This document shows, piece by piece, positions 54,474 to 64,000 of a DNA stretch of 64,000 nt. The notes beneath the pieces are model-generated. The model saw only the letters and a program-made list of their open reading frames with translations, did no database searches and was not told the DNA's origin. The position numbers and the translations under genes are program-made. Position 1 is the stretch's first letter, and every line of letters begins with the position of its first letter. Origin of the DNA: Candidatus Polarisedimenticolia bacterium (GTDB lineage: Bacteria; Acidobacteriota; Polarisedimenticolia; JACPZX01; DASXTC01); the NCBI GenBank assembly GCA_035281445.1, contig DATEEA010000030.1, positions 2,332-66,331 on the forward strand, given 5' to 3'.

Positions 54474-57400
54474 TCACTCCGGCCTCCACGAAGGGAGCCT
54501 CCCGGGCGTCCAGGGGGCCCCGGCCGTCTCCGCCTCGTCCTCCAGACGCTCCAGCTCGGTCCCGATGAGAGAGCGCAGCGAGGCCAGCGTCCGGTCGAAC
54601 CGTGCCGCGGCCAGATCGTAGCCGCGCCGGTGGGTGCCCGTGGCATCGGAGAGCGACGACCAGTGCCCCGCCACCACCTGCTGGACCCTGTCCAGGATCG
54701 ATGGCGGGGTCGGCTCGTTGCGCGAAGCGCGGGTGGAGTCGCCGGTCAGGTCGATCAGCAGGTCCTTGAGGCGAGCCTCCAGGGCCCTGGCCTCCGCGCC
54801 CAGCCGAGGATCGGCCGCCGGCGTCTCGTCGATCGCCTTCTTGACGTGCGCGATCCTGGACTGCGCTTCCCTGGCGGCCTCCACCGCTCCCAGCACCGCC
54901 CTCTGCAGCCTGGCCGTCTTCCTCTGGAAATCCGCCAGCGCCTTCCTGTCCTTCGCCGGCAAAGAGGCCTCACCCAGCGGCGCCGCGGTGAAGGGGCGTG
55001 GCTCGCTCAGAGGGGTCTCCACCCCGTCGATCCTCTTGGAAAGCCTTGCCGTGTAGGCGCCCGGCGGCATCATCGGGCCGGCCGCCGGGTCCACGAACGG
55101 GTTGTCGGACGGCGGCGCCGACAGGGACACCGGCACGGAAGGGGGCAGGCGGAAGTCCCACGCCACGCGCTGGAACCCTGCCTTGGCCGGCGCCGTGATG
55201 CGGCGCACCGTCGCCCCGTCCTCGTCGGAGATGGTCAGCACCAGGGCCGGCTCCTCCTCCCGGTCCTCGGCCTTCAGCCGATCCCAGCCGGGATAGGAGA
55301 TCTCCTCTCCCTTCTCGATCGCCGCGGCCTCGGCCTCCTGCCGGACCTTGCGCCTGGTCTTGTATTCCTCCTTCAGGTAGACGGTGAAGACGGCTCCGAA
55401 GGGCGGGTTCGGTGCGGTGTAGAGAGAGTCCCCCTGCATGCTCTTCTCCCGCAGCCCGAGCGGGACCGAAGGGATGAACATGGGGGCCTGTTTCACCGGG
55501 AAAAGCGTGGCCTCCGACTCCAGCAGCTCGGACGTGGCCAGCCGCAGAGGGGAGTAGTCGTCCAGGATGAAGAACCCGCGGCCGAAGGTCCCCACCACCA
55601 GATCGCTCTCGCGGCGCTGGATGGCCAGGTCCTTGACGATGATGGTGGGCATCCCCCCCTTGAGCTGGATCCAGCGGCTTCCGCGGTCGGGGGTGAAGAA
55701 GACCCCGAACTCGGTCCCCGCGAACAGAAGAGAGGGACTCTCGTGGTCTTCGGCCAGCGCGTACACCGAGCCGCGCTCGGGCAGATCGCCGGCCGCCGAG
55801 GACCAGGTGCGCCCCCGGTCATCGCTGCGCAGCACGTACGGTTTGAAGTCCCCCATCTTGTGGTTGTCGAAGGCCGCGTAGACCACGCCGATGTCGTGCC
55901 GGGAGGCGGTGAGCCTGCTGACGTAGCTCATGTCGGGGACGCCGGGAAAGCGGTCGATCGCCCGCCACGTCGAGCCGCCGTCCTCGGTCACCTGGATCAG
56001 GCCGTCGTCGGTGCCGACATAGATCAAGCCTTCCATCAGCGGGGACTCGTCCAGGGCCACGATGTTGCCGTAGAACGACGTGGAGGCGTTCTTGGCCACG
56101 GCGTCCACGCTCCAGACGCGCCCCATGACCTTCAGCTTGTTGCGGTCGACTTGCCGTGTGAGGTCGCCGCTCACCTCGCGCCAGGAATCGCCGCGGTCGT
56201 CGCTGCGGAACAGCTTGTTGGCCGCGAAGTAGAGCCGCGTGTGCAGGTGGGGACTGATGATGAGGGGGGAGTCCCAGTTCCACCGCAGCGCCTCGCCGTC
56301 CGCCTCCGGCTGGGGCTGTATGTCGATCATCTCCCCGTTGCGCCGGTCGAAGCGCACCAGCGCCCCGTGCTGCGCCTGGGAGTAGACGATGTCGGGGTTC
56401 CTGGGGTCCACCTGGGTCTGGAACCCGTCTCCCATCACGGTGAGGAACCAGTCGGAGTTGACGATCCCGTGGGCCGTCCTGGTGCGTGAGGGCCCGCCGA
56501 TGGTCGAGTTGTCCTGCGTGCCGCCATAGACGTTGTAGAACGGCAGCGCGTCGTCCACGGCGACCTTGTAGAACTGGGTGATGGGAAGGTTGGTGAAGTA
56601 GAACCACGTGGCGCCGCGGTCGAAGCTCTCGTACACCCCGCCGTCGCACCCCGCCAGCAGGTGGTCGGTCTGCTCCGGGTCGATGATCAAGGCATGATTG
56701 TCCACGTGCTTGTACTTCTCGCCCACCTTCCTGAAGGTCTTCCCGCCGTCCTCGGTCACCATCATCCAGGTGTCGAGGGAGTAGACGCGTCCGACCGACT
56801 TGGGGTCGGCCACGATCTCGTTGTAGTACTGGGGGCTCGAAGACATGTAGTCGGACATCTTCTCCCAGTTGCCTCCGGCGTCCACCGAGCGGAAGAAGCC
56901 GCCGGACTTGTTGGCTGCCTCCACGATGGCGTAGACCACGTCGGGATTGGCCGGAGAGATGGCCAGGCCGATCCGCCCCTTGTCCTCCTTGGGGAGGCCG
57001 TTCTCGAGCTTCTTCCACGTAACGCCGCCGTCGTAGGACTTGTGAATGCCCGAGAAGGGTCCACCGTTGATCAGAGTCCAGACATGGCGGCGTCGCTGGT
57101 ACGTCGTGGCGTACAGGATGTCCGCGTCGCGGGGGTCGAGCCAGACCTCGTTCACCCCGGTGTCCGGACCCGCCTCCAGGATGCGGGACCAGGTGCGGCC
57201 GCCGTCGCTCGTCTTGTAGAGTCCGCGGTCCCCACCCGGCGACCAGAGCGGCCCCTGCGCCGCCGCGTAGACGACGTCGGAGTCGCGCGGATCGACGACG
57301 ATCCGGCCGATGTGCTCGGACTGTTTGAGGCCGACGTTCTCCCACGTGCGGCCGCCGTCGGCCGATTTGTAGACGCCGTCCCCGTAGCCGACGCTGCGCT

Positions 57401-57797
57401 GGCTGTTGTTCTCTCCCGTGCCCACCCAGAGGGTCAGCGGGTTGGAAGGATCGATGGTGACGCAGCCGATGGAGTATGACCCCTGCGCGTCGAAGATGGG
57501 CGACCATGTGGTGCCGGCGTTGGCCGTCTTCCACACCCCTCCCGAGGCGACGGCGACGTACCACACGCGGCGGTCGGCCGGGTGGATGGCGATGTCGCCG
57601 ATGCGTCCCGACATGAGGGCCGGGCCCAGCCCTCGCAGCTGCAGACCGGCAAACGTGTCGGCCGCCCAGAGTGGCGCCGCCTGCTTGCCGGGCTCCCTGG
57701 AATCACGGCCCCTGGCCGTCCGCCCCTGCGCCCACAGAGCCTGCCCGGCGATCCCCAGGGCCATCGCCAGGATCGCGAACCTCACCGCCGCGCGCAT
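54474..57797 (-). CDS. Large secreted BNR/Asp-box, sortilin-Vps10/GH74-like beta-propeller glycosidase-family protein.
   Basis: Repeated SxDxGxTW Asp-box motifs occur (SADGGRTW, TSDGGRTW, SYDGGVTW, EDGGKTF, TEDGGSTW, SDDRGRTW). The start is taken at the internal M of MRAAVRFAILAMALGIAG (signal peptide); the track ORF extends to 57914. Confidence 0.8.
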   Translation of the reverse strand: MRAAVRFAILAMALGIAGQALWAQGRTARGRDSREPGKQAAPLWAADTFAGLQLRGLGPALMSGRIGDIAIHPADRRVWYVAVASGGVWKTANAGTTWSPIFDAQGSYSIGCVTIDPSNPLTLWVGTGENNSQRSVGYGDGVYKSADGGRTWENVGLKQSEHIGRIVVDPRDSDVVYAAAQGPLWSPGGDRGLYKTSDGGRTWSRILEAGPDTGVNEVWLDPRDADILYATTYQRRRHVWTLINGGPFSGIHKSYDGGVTWKKLENGLPKEDKGRIGLAISPANPDVVYAIVEAANKSGGFFRSVDAGGNWEKMSDYMSSSPQYYNEIVADPKSVGRVYSLDTWMMVTEDGGKTFRKVGEKYKHVDNHALIIDPEQTDHLLAGCDGGVYESFDRGATWFYFTNLPITQFYKVAVDDALPFYNVYGGTQDNSTIGGPSRTRTAHGIVNSDWFLTVMGDGFQTQVDPRNPDIVYSQAQHGALVRFDRRNGEMIDIQPQPEADGEALRWNWDSPLIISPHLHTRLYFAANKLFRSDDRGDSWREVSGDLTRQVDRNKLKVMGRVWSVDAVAKNASTSFYGNIVALDESPLMEGLIYVGTDDGLIQVTEDGGSTWRAIDRFPGVPDMSYVSRLTASRHDIGVVYAAFDNHKMGDFKPYVLRSDDRGRTWSSAAGDLPERGSVYALAEDHESPSLLFAGTEFGVFFTPDRGSRWIQLKGGMPTIIVKDLAIQRRESDLVVGTFGRGFFILDDYSPLRLATSELLESEATLFPVKQAPMFIPSVPLGLREKSMQGDSLYTAPNPPFGAVFTVYLKEEYKTRRKVRQEAEAAAIEKGEEISYPGWDRLKAEDREEEPALVLTISDEDGATVRRITAPAKAGFQRVAWDFRLPPSVPVSLSAPPSDNPFVDPAAGPMMPPGAYTARLSKRIDGVETPLSEPRPFTAAPLGEASLPAKDRKALADFQRKTARLQRAVLGAVEAAREAQSRIAHVKKAIDETPAADPRLGAEARALEARLKDLLIDLTGDSTRASRNEPTPPSILDRVQQVVAGHWSSLSDATGTHRRGYDLAAARFDRTLASLRSLIGTELERLEDEAETAGAPWTPGRLPSWRPE

Positions 57798-57977
57798 CGT
57801 GTCTCCTCCTCGCGTCTTCTCATCGAGGCCCCCCGCCGCGTCCGGCGCCTCGCCGGGCCGTCCCGGTGTCCGATTCGCCCCGTCCGCCAGCCAGCCGTCC
57901 GATGGGCGCGTCATTCTATCGTGTCCGCGGCCCCGGGAGGCTCGCCGGGCTCACCCTGCGCTATAGTGTCCTCCTCC

Positions 57978-58718
57978 ATGCCGCCACGCATCTTCCTGTT
58001 GTCTCCGGCCGACTGCTCGGGGCGCAGAGCCTCGCTCATCCTGCGCGACGGCGCCCGCGGCGAGCTGGCCCGGCGCGTTCGAAGGGAGGGCGCCTCCGTG
58101 GGTGAGCTCTTCAGCTTCATGAGCGGGCTGTACTTCAGGGGGAAGCTCGCTTACGCCCGGACCTTTTCCGAGGCACCGCCGGGGCTCTGCGGCGCGATGG
58201 TGATCACGCCGCACCGCGGGCTCCTGGACGCCGCCCACGGCATCCGTCTGGCCACCCTGCGCGCCTTCGCCCGCGTTCCGGTCGATCCATCCGAGCCGCG
58301 CTACCGCAGACCTCTGGCCCGCACCGCCCGCGCCCTGGCTGCGGCCGCCGGTCCAGGCTGCGAGTTCGTCTTGCTGGGAAGCGTCGCCACCTCCAAGTAC
58401 GTGGAGCTCCTGGATACGGAGCTGGGCGGGCGCCTCTGCTTTCCGGCCGAGTTCGTCGGCAAGGGGGACATGAGCCGCGGCGCCCTGATGCTGCGGTGCG
58501 TGAAGGAAGGCAGACAGCTCACCTACGTGCGCGCCGCGGGGGCGGCCCGGCGCCTGCATGCGGCCGCGCCCGCGCCCGCGCCGGCACGCGTGCCCACCGT
58601 TCTCGATGAAGGCCGGCCTGCTGATCGTGGCCGTGATGGCGCCCGCGGGCTCTACGGCAACGAGGACGGCTGGCGCGGCGTGAGGACCATCCGCCTGAGA
58701 GGAGGGGATCCCGAATGA
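57978..58718 (+). CDS. Hypothetical protein (246 aa).
   Basis: An internal ATG in the frame of track ORF 57582..58718 gives MPPRIFLLSPADCSGRRASL... I recognise no family. The stop overlaps the next gene start (ATGA). Confidence 0.45.
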   Translation: MPPRIFLLSPADCSGRRASLILRDGARGELARRVRREGASVGELFSFMSGLYFRGKLAYARTFSEAPPGLCGAMVITPHRGLLDAAHGIRLATLRAFARVPVDPSEPRYRRPLARTARALAAAAGPGCEFVLLGSVATSKYVELLDTELGGRLCFPAEFVGKGDMSRGALMLRCVKEGRQLTYVRAAGAARRLHAAAPAPAPARVPTVLDEGRPADRGRDGARGLYGNEDGWRGVRTIRLRGGDPE

Positions 58719-59308
58719 AGCTGCTGAAAGGGGCCGGAATCGTCCTCGCGGTCGCCTTCGCCGGCATCCAGTTCGTGAGGCCGGATCGATCCAATCCCCC
58801 CGAGGACCCCGCCGCCACTCTGGGCGCCGTGGCGCCCATGTCCCCCGCCGCCCGGGAGGTCTTCGACCGGTCGTGCGCCGACTGCCATTCCAGCCGGACC
58901 CGGTGGCCCTGGTACAGCCACGTCGCGCCCGTCTCCTGGTTCGTGGCCGAGCACGTGCGGCACGCGCGCAGCCACCTGAACGTCTCGGAGTTCGCCCGCT
59001 ACGAGCCCGACGATGCGGCGCATCACGTCAAGGAGATGTGCGAGATGGCCGAGGAGGGGAGGATGCCCCTTCCCTCGTACCTCTGGATCCACCGCGGCGC
59101 CCGGCTCGGCCAGGCCGATGTGCGGGCGCTGTGCGACTGGTCCGAGGGCGCTCGGCGCGCCCTCCAGCGGGACGGCAGCCGCAGCGATGGGCAGGCCGGA
59201 GAGACCGGCGGGAAGGAGGCCTCGGCCGCCGGCGAAGGCCAACACGGTCACCGGCACGACGACGGCGAGCCTCACCGGGAATCAGGAGACGGGACGCCGC
59301 CACGGTAG
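58715..59308 (+). CDS. Membrane-anchored heme-binding-domain protein (putative c-type heme site).
   Basis: The N-terminal transmembrane segment is MKLLKGAGIVLAVAFAGIQF. CADCH in SCADCHSS is a CxxCH heme-attachment motif. Confidence 0.6.
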   Translation: MKLLKGAGIVLAVAFAGIQFVRPDRSNPPEDPAATLGAVAPMSPAAREVFDRSCADCHSSRTRWPWYSHVAPVSWFVAEHVRHARSHLNVSEFARYEPDDAAHHVKEMCEMAEEGRMPLPSYLWIHRGARLGQADVRALCDWSEGARRALQRDGSRSDGQAGETGGKEASAAGEGQHGHRHDDGEPHRESGDGTPPR

Positions 59309-59340
59309 CCGGATGTCCGGAGCCCCGCGCGCCGGCCGGG

Positions 59341-59784
59341 TCAGACGTGCTGGTCGAAGAGAATGGGGTTCCCATCCGGATCCACGGTCATGAAGCTCGC
59401 CGGGCCGGTGCTCCTTTCGTCCGCCTCGTTCGACAGGGCGACTCCCAGGGCTTTCAGGCGGCGCTGGATCTCGCGCACGTCCATGAAGGAGTCGAGCCTC
59501 TTGGCGTCGGCGTTCCAGCCGGGGTTGAACGTGAGGATGTTCTTCTCGAACATTCCTTGAAAGAGCCCGATGACGAGGTCGCCGTTTTTCAGAATGAGCC
59601 AGTTCTTCGAGGCGTCTCCGCCGAACGTCTTGAAGCCGAACTTCTCGTAGAAGTTCCTGGAAGCCTCGATATCCTTGACCGCCAGGCTGATCGAGAATGC
59701 TCCGAGCTGCATGCCACCCCCCGTGTGCGTTGGGTCACCCTCCGTTGTCCCGGGCGGCCGGAGGACCTCCGGCAGCCGCCGCAT
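59341..59784 (-). CDS. VOC/glyoxalase-bleomycin-resistance-family protein.
   Basis: [28 protein letters not shown] is a classic VOC N-terminal beta-alpha-beta module. The true start is probably the internal MQLG. Confidence 0.75.
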   Translation of the reverse strand: MRRLPEVLRPPGTTEGDPTHTGGGMQLGAFSISLAVKDIEASRNFYEKFGFKTFGGDASKNWLILKNGDLVIGLFQGMFEKNILTFNPGWNADAKRLDSFMDVREIQRRLKALGVALSNEADERSTGPASFMTVDPDGNPILFDQHV

Positions 59785-59785
59785 G

Positions 59786-60517
59786 TTACGCCGCCTCGGC
59801 TGGCTTGATCCAGACGGCGGTGTACCGCCACAGCGGGTGCCGGTAGAGACGGACCCCCGGGAGCGCCGCCGCGAAGAAGGCGTGGGCCTCCATCATGGTG
59901 GGATAGCGCTCCTTCGAGCCATGGTCGCGCCAGGCATCGCGCAGAGCCCGGCTCTGCCGGAGATGCCCGGCCGTCCACCACAGCGCATCGCCATTGAACG
60001 CGGCTGCGACTCCGGAGAGGAGCCAGTCGGAGAAACCGGCCGGCGAACGGAGATCGTGGATCACCAGCACACCGCCCGGCTTGACCAGGCTCTTCATCCG
60101 GGCCACCGCGCCGGAGGCAGGCAAGTGATGGAGGGTGGCCACCGTCACGACGGCATCGAAGCCTTCGTCCTCCAGGGCATGAGTCATGAAGTCCGCGCAC
60201 AGAAGCTCGATCGCCGGCGCCTCCGCGGCGCGACGGCGTGCGAGGGAGATCATCTCGAAGGAGGCGTCGATCCCGGTCACCCTCGCCCCTCGGGCCGCGA
60301 GGGCCCGGGCGAGCCGGCCTGCTCCGCACCCAATCTCCAGGATTCGTCCGCTGGAAGCCGGGATCTGCTCCAGCAGGAAGGGCTCGTACCTGTCCGGGCG
60401 TTCCGCCTGCCCGGACACGAGACGGGCGATCCGGTCGAAGTCCGCGCGATCCGACTCCAGGGTCAGCCCCCGGTCGGCGCCGGGGAAGCCGGCGTCCTCC
60501 TTCCCGTCGCCGGTCAT
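59786..60517 (-). CDS. Class I SAM-dependent methyltransferase.
   Basis: [28 protein letters not shown] is motif I; KPGGVLVI is motif post I/II. The start was derived by counting back from the track stop to MTGDGKED. Confidence 0.8.
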   Translation of the reverse strand: MTGDGKEDAGFPGADRGLTLESDRADFDRIARLVSGQAERPDRYEPFLLEQIPASSGRILEIGCGAGRLARALAARGARVTGIDASFEMISLARRRAAEAPAIELLCADFMTHALEDEGFDAVVTVATLHHLPASGAVARMKSLVKPGGVLVIHDLRSPAGFSDWLLSGVAAAFNGDALWWTAGHLRQSRALRDAWRDHGSKERYPTMMEAHAFFAAALPGVRLYRHPLWRYTAVWIKPAEAA

Positions 60518-61158
60518 GGCGCGCGTTCGCCCAGCACGCTGGCGATCGCGGCGATGGTATTCAAGCTGCGTGTGGTGACGGGCACCCCATACAGACGGTC
60601 GAGCGTCTGGAGATACCGGATCGCCTTCATGTGTCGCCGGTAGAGCCCGAAGACGAACCGTCTTTCCCTCCCAAGGATTCTCAGCAACCACTGCCCGCTG
60701 GACGGAAGGTTGATGGGAACGGCCGGCGCCGCACGCGGAATCCTGGATAGAACGCTCACGAAGCGGACGGTCCCAGGCTGCTCCGGCTGGCTTGCGAAGT
60801 GATTGCCGGCCGCAACCCTCAGGAGCTCCTGGCCGGAGACGATCATGATCTGGGTGGTGAAAGGAATCCTGCTCGAGAGCTCGGCCTTGAGCCGAGCCGG
60901 GCTGACCGGCCGGCGGATGACGAAGGTCCCCGCGGCGCCGATGTTGACGATATCGAGATGCTCGAGCTGCCTGGCCAGCACCGTGGGCCTGAAGGTCCTG
61001 TGGCCGCCGACGTTGACTCCCCGGAGGAGCGCTACCAGCGCCACGATCCCGCCTCCACCGCCGCGCGCCCGCGCCTGCCCGATCCCAATGCCCGCCGCCC
61101 GCCTGCCGTTGGTTCTCCTCCCGGGTGGCCCCTTGGCCGGAGCCGGTTGACTTCGCAA
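60514..61158 (-). CDS. DUF1697-family protein.
   Basis: VALLRGVNVGGHRTF matches the DUF1697 N-terminal signature. The real start is probably an internal GTG near VALVALLRGV. Confidence 0.6.
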   Translation of the reverse strand: MRSQPAPAKGPPGRRTNGRRAAGIGIGQARARGGGGGIVALVALLRGVNVGGHRTFRPTVLARQLEHLDIVNIGAAGTFVIRRPVSPARLKAELSSRIPFTTQIMIVSGQELLRVAAGNHFASQPEQPGTVRFVSVLSRIPRAAPAVPINLPSSGQWLLRILGRERRFVFGLYRRHMKAIRYLQTLDRLYGVPVTTRSLNTIAAIASVLGERAP

Positions 61159-61225
61159 CCAGGAGGTTACCAGCGCCCTCGTACTTTTGCAGGGAATCTA
61201 CGTCGTCACCCGGCGGCACGCGGGA

Positions 61226-63715
61226 TCAGCGCTGGCCGGCTCCGGGAGGTGGGAGAAGCTGGGGGAGCAGCAGCAGCGCCGAGGCGAGGCAGCCCCCGAT
61301 GCCGAGGACTGCGACCCAGCCCATGCTGCGAAGGCCCGCGAACTCGGCCGATAGCAGCGAGCCGAACCCGGCCATGGTGGTGAGGCCGGTCAGGAGGATA
61401 GCGCCGCCGGTGGTGCGCAGAACCTGCGGCACGTCGGCGCGTGACTCCTCGTCGTGACGGTTCACGATGTAGACTCCGAAGTCCACTCCCAGGCCGAAGA
61501 CCAGTGGAACGGCAACCAGGTTCATCAGGTTGATGGGCACGCCGAGCAGCGAGAGTCCGGCCAGCATCATCAGACATCCGAGGGTGACCGGCACGGCGAC
61601 CAGCAGCAGCCGCGACAGCGACCGGAAGGCGGCCAAGGAGACGACAAAGACGGCGCACAGGGCGATGAGCAAGGCGCGCCTGAAGTCCTTCTTGATGATC
61701 GCGGTCAGGTCGTCCACGACCAGGTCGATCGACGCCAACCTGGGGAGAGGTCCCTCGCGAAGGCCGGCCGGGCGGCGCACCCGCTCCGCGATCGCGGCGG
61801 CCCCGGTCCCTTCGGCGGGAAGGAGCGTGGCGGCCACCGTGGTCCCGGCGATGCCGAGTGAGGCCCAGGCGGCTGGGTCCTCCCGAACCACGGCGGCCGG
61901 ATCCAGGAGCACCGAGGGGCCAGAGCCGTAGCGCTCGAGACGCTCCAGAAAGGGAGCGAAGTACTCTTCGCGCATCTCCAGCGCGCCGGCTTCCGCCCGC
62001 AGGGTGGCGGCGGCGCGGGCCCACGCCACGTCGGACAGCTTCGACAGTCTTTCCCGCTGCGTCTCGGTGGAAGGGAGCCACAGCGCGGGGCTGGTCCAGC
62101 CGGCAAGGAGCCCTTCATCCCGCAGGTCCATCCAGACGGGCAGGTCGTTCCCGGCGCGGCGCAGCGACTCATCGAGGTCGCAGGCGTCGTGCAGAGCGTG
62201 GACGGGGTCGGGGAGCGGGCCGAAGGGTGCGAGCACCCGGCGGAGCTGTTCTTCGGCAGGGTCCTCTCCCCTCAGGGTGCGCACGTCCGAGGAGAACCGG
62301 AGTCCCGTGGCCGCCCAGAGCGATCCGGCGGCGAGGAGCCCGGCGAGTGCGAGCGCCGGACCACGGTGCCGCCGGGCCGCTTCATGGAAACGCACCAGCC
62401 AGGCGGAGGGCAGCTCCAGGGGGGGGCGGCGGGCCGATCCCGGCGGCAGGATGGACAGCAGCGCCGGGAAGAGGAAGAGCACCGACACCAGCAGGTTCAC
62501 CAGGCCGATGGCGGCGAGCCCTCCGAGCTCGGACAGGCCCCTGAAGTCCACGAACAGCAATGCGGCGAATGAAAGTCCGCTGGTGAGGGTGGCCAGCAGG
62601 ATCGACGGGCCGGTGGAGCCGAGAGCGGCGCGCAGGGCGGGCTCGGAAGCCTTTCCTCGATCGGTCTCTTCACGGAAGCGGAGGTAGAGATGGGTGAGGG
62701 CGTCGTCTCCCATCCCCAGAAGGATGGCGGCGAAGGCGACGGTCACCATGTTCAGATGCCCGGGATAGATGCGCGCGGCCCCAAGGGTCCAGACCATGCT
62801 GAGGCCCAGCGGGAGGGACAGCATGACCAGCAGGCCGGCGCGGCGCAGGGCGGCCCCGAAGAGCACCAGGATCGCGGACATCGAGATGAGAGTGGTGGTG
62901 GAGACGTCGTGGCGGATGCGGGCTTCGTCCTGGACGGCGAAGAGGTAGCCGCCGGCGGCCTCGGCGGTGATCCCATCGAGTCCTTCGAGGGCCCGGCGCA
63001 GGGCCGGCTCGATCTCCTGGACCAGCCTGCGTGAGAACGCCAGATCCTGTGGGGGACGCCGAGGCTGGGCCTGCACCAGCGCGGCGCGCCCGTCCGGCGC
63101 GATGAAGAGTCCGGTCGCCGGATCGGGCGGCGGCAGCGCGCCGGCCGCTCCGAGGGAGGGGAGGAGCCGCAGCAGCTCCAGAGGATCCTCCGCGAGCAGC
63201 GCGGCTCGGGGACCCCAGGAAAGCGGCCCGGCCGCGTCGCGCCGCGCCCGCTCCAGCGCCGCGCGCACGGCATCGGGGCTCAGCCGTGCCCGCAGCTCAT
63301 CCTGGCGATCCTCGGGAACCAGGACGGGAAGGTGGTCCAATGCGTGGCGCGCGAGCGCCAGAGTCTGCTCCTCGTCGAAGCCGGCGCGCACCGTGCGGAA
63401 CAGGCCGGTCCTTTCCAGCTCTTCGGCCAGCCGGCGCGCGGCGTCCTCCAGCAGCTCCTCGGCGGCGCCCTTCTCGGCCCGCGCCGTCACCAGCACGGCG
63501 TCGGAGGTGCCGAAGCGCTCGAGGTAGAGCCGGAGGTTCTCCCCCGAGGCGGCGCCGGAAGGGAGCAGGTCGATGATGTCCGCTTTCAGGGTGATGCCGC
63601 TGCCGTACCAGGCCAGCGCCGCCGAGAGGACGGCGTAGGCGGCCACGATCCACCAGCGGCGGCGGTGAACCCAGCCGGCCAGGCTGCTGTAGAATCGGTG
63701 GCCGATGTTACGCAA
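61226..63715 (-). CDS. MMPL/RND-superfamily exporter (HpnN-like, two 6-TM bundles).
   Basis: 829 aa with two hydrophobic blocks separated by soluble loops, which is typical MMPL topology. Confidence 0.8.
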   Translation of the reverse strand: MRNIGHRFYSSLAGWVHRRRWWIVAAYAVLSAALAWYGSGITLKADIIDLLPSGAASGENLRLYLERFGTSDAVLVTARAEKGAAEELLEDAARRLAEELERTGLFRTVRAGFDEEQTLALARHALDHLPVLVPEDRQDELRARLSPDAVRAALERARRDAAGPLSWGPRAALLAEDPLELLRLLPSLGAAGALPPPDPATGLFIAPDGRAALVQAQPRRPPQDLAFSRRLVQEIEPALRRALEGLDGITAEAAGGYLFAVQDEARIRHDVSTTTLISMSAILVLFGAALRRAGLLVMLSLPLGLSMVWTLGAARIYPGHLNMVTVAFAAILLGMGDDALTHLYLRFREETDRGKASEPALRAALGSTGPSILLATLTSGLSFAALLFVDFRGLSELGGLAAIGLVNLLVSVLFLFPALLSILPPGSARRPPLELPSAWLVRFHEAARRHRGPALALAGLLAAGSLWAATGLRFSSDVRTLRGEDPAEEQLRRVLAPFGPLPDPVHALHDACDLDESLRRAGNDLPVWMDLRDEGLLAGWTSPALWLPSTETQRERLSKLSDVAWARAAATLRAEAGALEMREEYFAPFLERLERYGSGPSVLLDPAAVVREDPAAWASLGIAGTTVAATLLPAEGTGAAAIAERVRRPAGLREGPLPRLASIDLVVDDLTAIIKKDFRRALLIALCAVFVVSLAAFRSLSRLLLVAVPVTLGCLMMLAGLSLLGVPINLMNLVAVPLVFGLGVDFGVYIVNRHDEESRADVPQVLRTTGGAILLTGLTTMAGFGSLLSAEFAGLRSMGWVAVLGIGGCLASALLLLPQLLPPPGAGQR

Positions 63716-64000
63716 CGTCGTGATCGTGCTCCTGTGCCAGGTCCCGGGGGCCGCGGCCTTCGCCCTGCCCTCGGCCGCGGGCCGGTGGGGCGCCGCGGCG
63801 CTGTGGGCCGCGCTGCAGACTTTTCTGCTCGTCCATCTTCTCTCGCCGCGCAGCGTGCTGTGGGGTCCGCTGATCTGGAAGGGGCTGCCGCAGCGGCGGG
63901 TCGCCCTGACCTTCGACGATGGGCCTCATCCCGAGGACACCCCGGCCATCCTGGACCTGCTGCGCGCCGAGGGGGTGAAGGCAACCTTCTTCTTCGTCGG
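63705..64000 (+). CDS. Polysaccharide deacetylase (NodB-domain) protein, 5' partial in window.
   Basis: ...[33 protein letters not shown] contains the NodB TFDDGP motif. The gene runs off the right edge. Confidence 0.65.
   Translation, partial: MLRNVVIVLLCQVPGAAAFALPSAAGRWGAAALWAALQTFLLVHLLSPRSVLWGPLIWKGLPQRRVALTFDDGPHPEDTPAILDLLRAEGVKATFFFV

Overview
This is high-GC bacterial chromosomal DNA, roughly two-thirds GC by eye, spanning the replication-origin neighbourhood of a Gram-negative-type organism. Outer-membrane beta-barrel, LolA and SurA homologues support the Gram-negative call. The minus strand carries dnaA-dnaN-gyrB-gyrA; the plus strand carries rpmH-rnpA-yidD-yidC-jag-mnmE-mnmG-rsmG-parA-parB followed by atpHAGDC. 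Other housekeeping genes include mfd, biotin carboxylase/BCCP and carboxyltransferase, transaldolase, a histidine kinase/OmpR pair, SurA/PpiD-like isomerases, an Hfq-like protein, LolA, a deacetylase, an ACP/hotdog/GT2 cluster, an M20 amidohydrolase, a large BNR/sortilin-like glycosidase, an MMPL exporter and a partial polysaccharide deacetylase. Two stretches differ from this background: (1) the left edge (1..~3400), lower in GC, holds a large minus-strand protein with an N-terminal PHP phosphoesterase domain fused to a Walker-A ATPase and long coiled coil, running off the window; this Ppl-like single-protein defence architecture is the best candidate for an unusual system here. Upstream of it sit a 123-aa hypothetical, an AT-richer spacer and a frameshifted recombinase-like remnant next to hup. 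(2) A conspicuously low-GC single-gene insertion (~51.47..53.01 kb) encodes a Fic/AMPylase with an N-terminal inhibitory TxxxEG helix motif and its own sigma70-like promoter. Other notable points: a signal-peptide protein co-transcribed with an 871-aa secreted metzincin (HEIGHFFGLSHD) protease, and a symmetric parS-variant palindrome just upstream of parA. Also notable are DnaA-box-like sites around dnaA, a ParA ORF with a read-through tail overlapping parB, and an acyl-CoA carboxylase alpha subunit split into BC and BCCP ORFs by an ATGA overlap. No CRISPR array, rRNA or convincing tRNA was seen. All coordinates outside the supplied ORF track were counted by hand and may be off by ±1-2 nt.
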